Shown here piece by piece: positions 62,536 through 64,000 of a DNA stretch of 64,000 nucleotides. The notes under the pieces are model-generated. The model saw only the letters and a program-made list of their open reading frames with translations. It searched no databases and had not been told where the DNA came from. The stretch lies in NCBI RefSeq assembly GCF_009914755.1, contig NC_060944.1; one strand, given 5' to 3'. Each line of letters opens with the position of its first letter. The stretch's first letter is position 1. A program made the position numbers and the translations under genes. This stretch comes from the human T2T-CHM13v2.0 reference genome, Homo sapiens.

Positions 62536-64000
62536 GGTGAGAGACTCACAGTGCTCCTGGTCTGTTCCTGGTGGCAACCACTGGATAAGGCCCTGAAAGA
62601 GCCCAGGAGCCACTGACCAGCCTCTGACAGCCTGGAGCAGGCCTTATACTTCCCAGCTGCCTACCCCACCCCATTCTCTGCCATGCCTGGAACAGAGGCC
62701 TGAGCCACAGTGAGGGAAGTGGTCACTGTGGCCACGGCCTCCTTCCAAGCTGCAAACCTTCAGGCCTGAGGTGTCTAACCAGGGAGGCATCTGGAGCCTT
62801 TTAATGGGTTCCGACTGTCCCTGATTCCCCATGAGCAAAACCAGAAAGCGGCTGAGCTCTGCCTCAAGCTTCAAGCCACAGAGCTGGCCTCTGATAGGCT
62901 GAGCCTTGATGTCCCTTGTCCTGGAGGCTCCTCCATGCTGAACAAGCAGCATCAAGAGCCTGCCCTGTCCCAGGCCCAGACACGGCTTCTGGGAATGCAG
63001 AATGGATCAGATATGGGCCCAGAGGGTTGAGAAGTGAGCCTTGACATACACAACCACGTGCAACCAAGAAAGACCCTAGACTTTGAAACCCAACCCTTGC
63101 CTCACAGCTTAACTGGGCTTGGACAATGGTGGCACGGATTTCCCATGGCCCAGAACTGTCTACTAGGCTCCACGTTGGGGAAACATGAGTTTGAAACACA
63201 GCCACCAGTTTCCCTGACCTCCCTATGAAAACAACCTCTCCCTTTGGTCTCTCTCCATTTCCTTACCCTACGTTACTGGGCTTTCCAATGGTTAGCCCTG
63301 ATGTATATTACTCGTTTTTATCCATTTCCCTCATGAAAAACAAATGATTTGCCCTGAAGACTACTGCTTTTTGTTCATGGCTGTAACCAGCAGCCACACA
63401 GTGCTGGGCACAGAATAGATACTCGCTAATAACAAATGAACCTTTGGGGCCAGGTATGTTCTCAAGACTGATTACAAAGCAGCCAAGCCCAGCCTGCTCC
63501 CCAGCCATCCCATCTCTTTGGGGTCTGTACGCTCAGCTAAAGTGGAGGGAGAGGCTAGAGAGGAGTTTTCTAGCCTGGGTGAGGCTGTTATGGAAACTCC
63601 CCTGACCTCACAACCCCCCACCACTACTCAGCCAAGCAAGGCACCCCAAAATGACTCCTAGATATTACGTGCCTGCAGGAGGAGGAGGCTGGCTTTTCTT
63701 TTTCCAGGTGTCTCCTGAAGCAACAGTGGATTTGCTGATCCACCTTGATGTTGCCCTGAGCAGGAGAAAAAGGAACTGAAAAGAGACAGCAGGGTAGAGT
63801 GACGGGGTGGCAGGGCAGCAGCTCAAGCTTCCTCCATGCAGAGTGGCAAGGGGGTGAGGTCCATGGAGAGACCCTCATTGAAAGGGGGGAGCCGACCTTA
63901 GAGCATCCCACTCAAGAGAGATGACCACTGGCAAGAGGGCCTAGGAGTAAGAGACTGCAGCATGGACTCCAGCGGGGAGCTGTGAACCTGGATCAGATCA

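Overview
Primate, most likely human, genomic DNA. SIRP-family exons plus a CKAP2L retrocopy point to the SIRP cluster on human 20p13; this placement is inferred, not database-checked. The window is repeat-dense: Alus, nested L1s, a HERV-H provirus with both LTRs, LTR and DNA-transposon relics, and a 39-bp VNTR. The main result is a complete SIRP-family receptor gene on the minus strand (about 62535 to 47185), which the ORF track shows only as fragments. It has a leader exon, four Ig-C1 exons in D2-D3-D2-D3 order with no detectable IgV, a transmembrane exon with a central Arg and a very short tail, and a probable non-coding last exon. Two small lesions break the frame: a CGA>TGA in exon 2 and an 8-bp duplication in exon 3. 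Repaired, it encodes about 483 aa. All coding junctions are phase 1, so skipping exons 2 and 3 leaves an open 268-aa membrane protein. The window also holds a decayed SIRP IgV exon (2284-2626), a processed CKAP2L pseudogene, a 5'-truncated L1PA2-like element with a long open ORF2 segment, an orphan CpG island, and a GC-shifted L1 fragment beside the VNTR.
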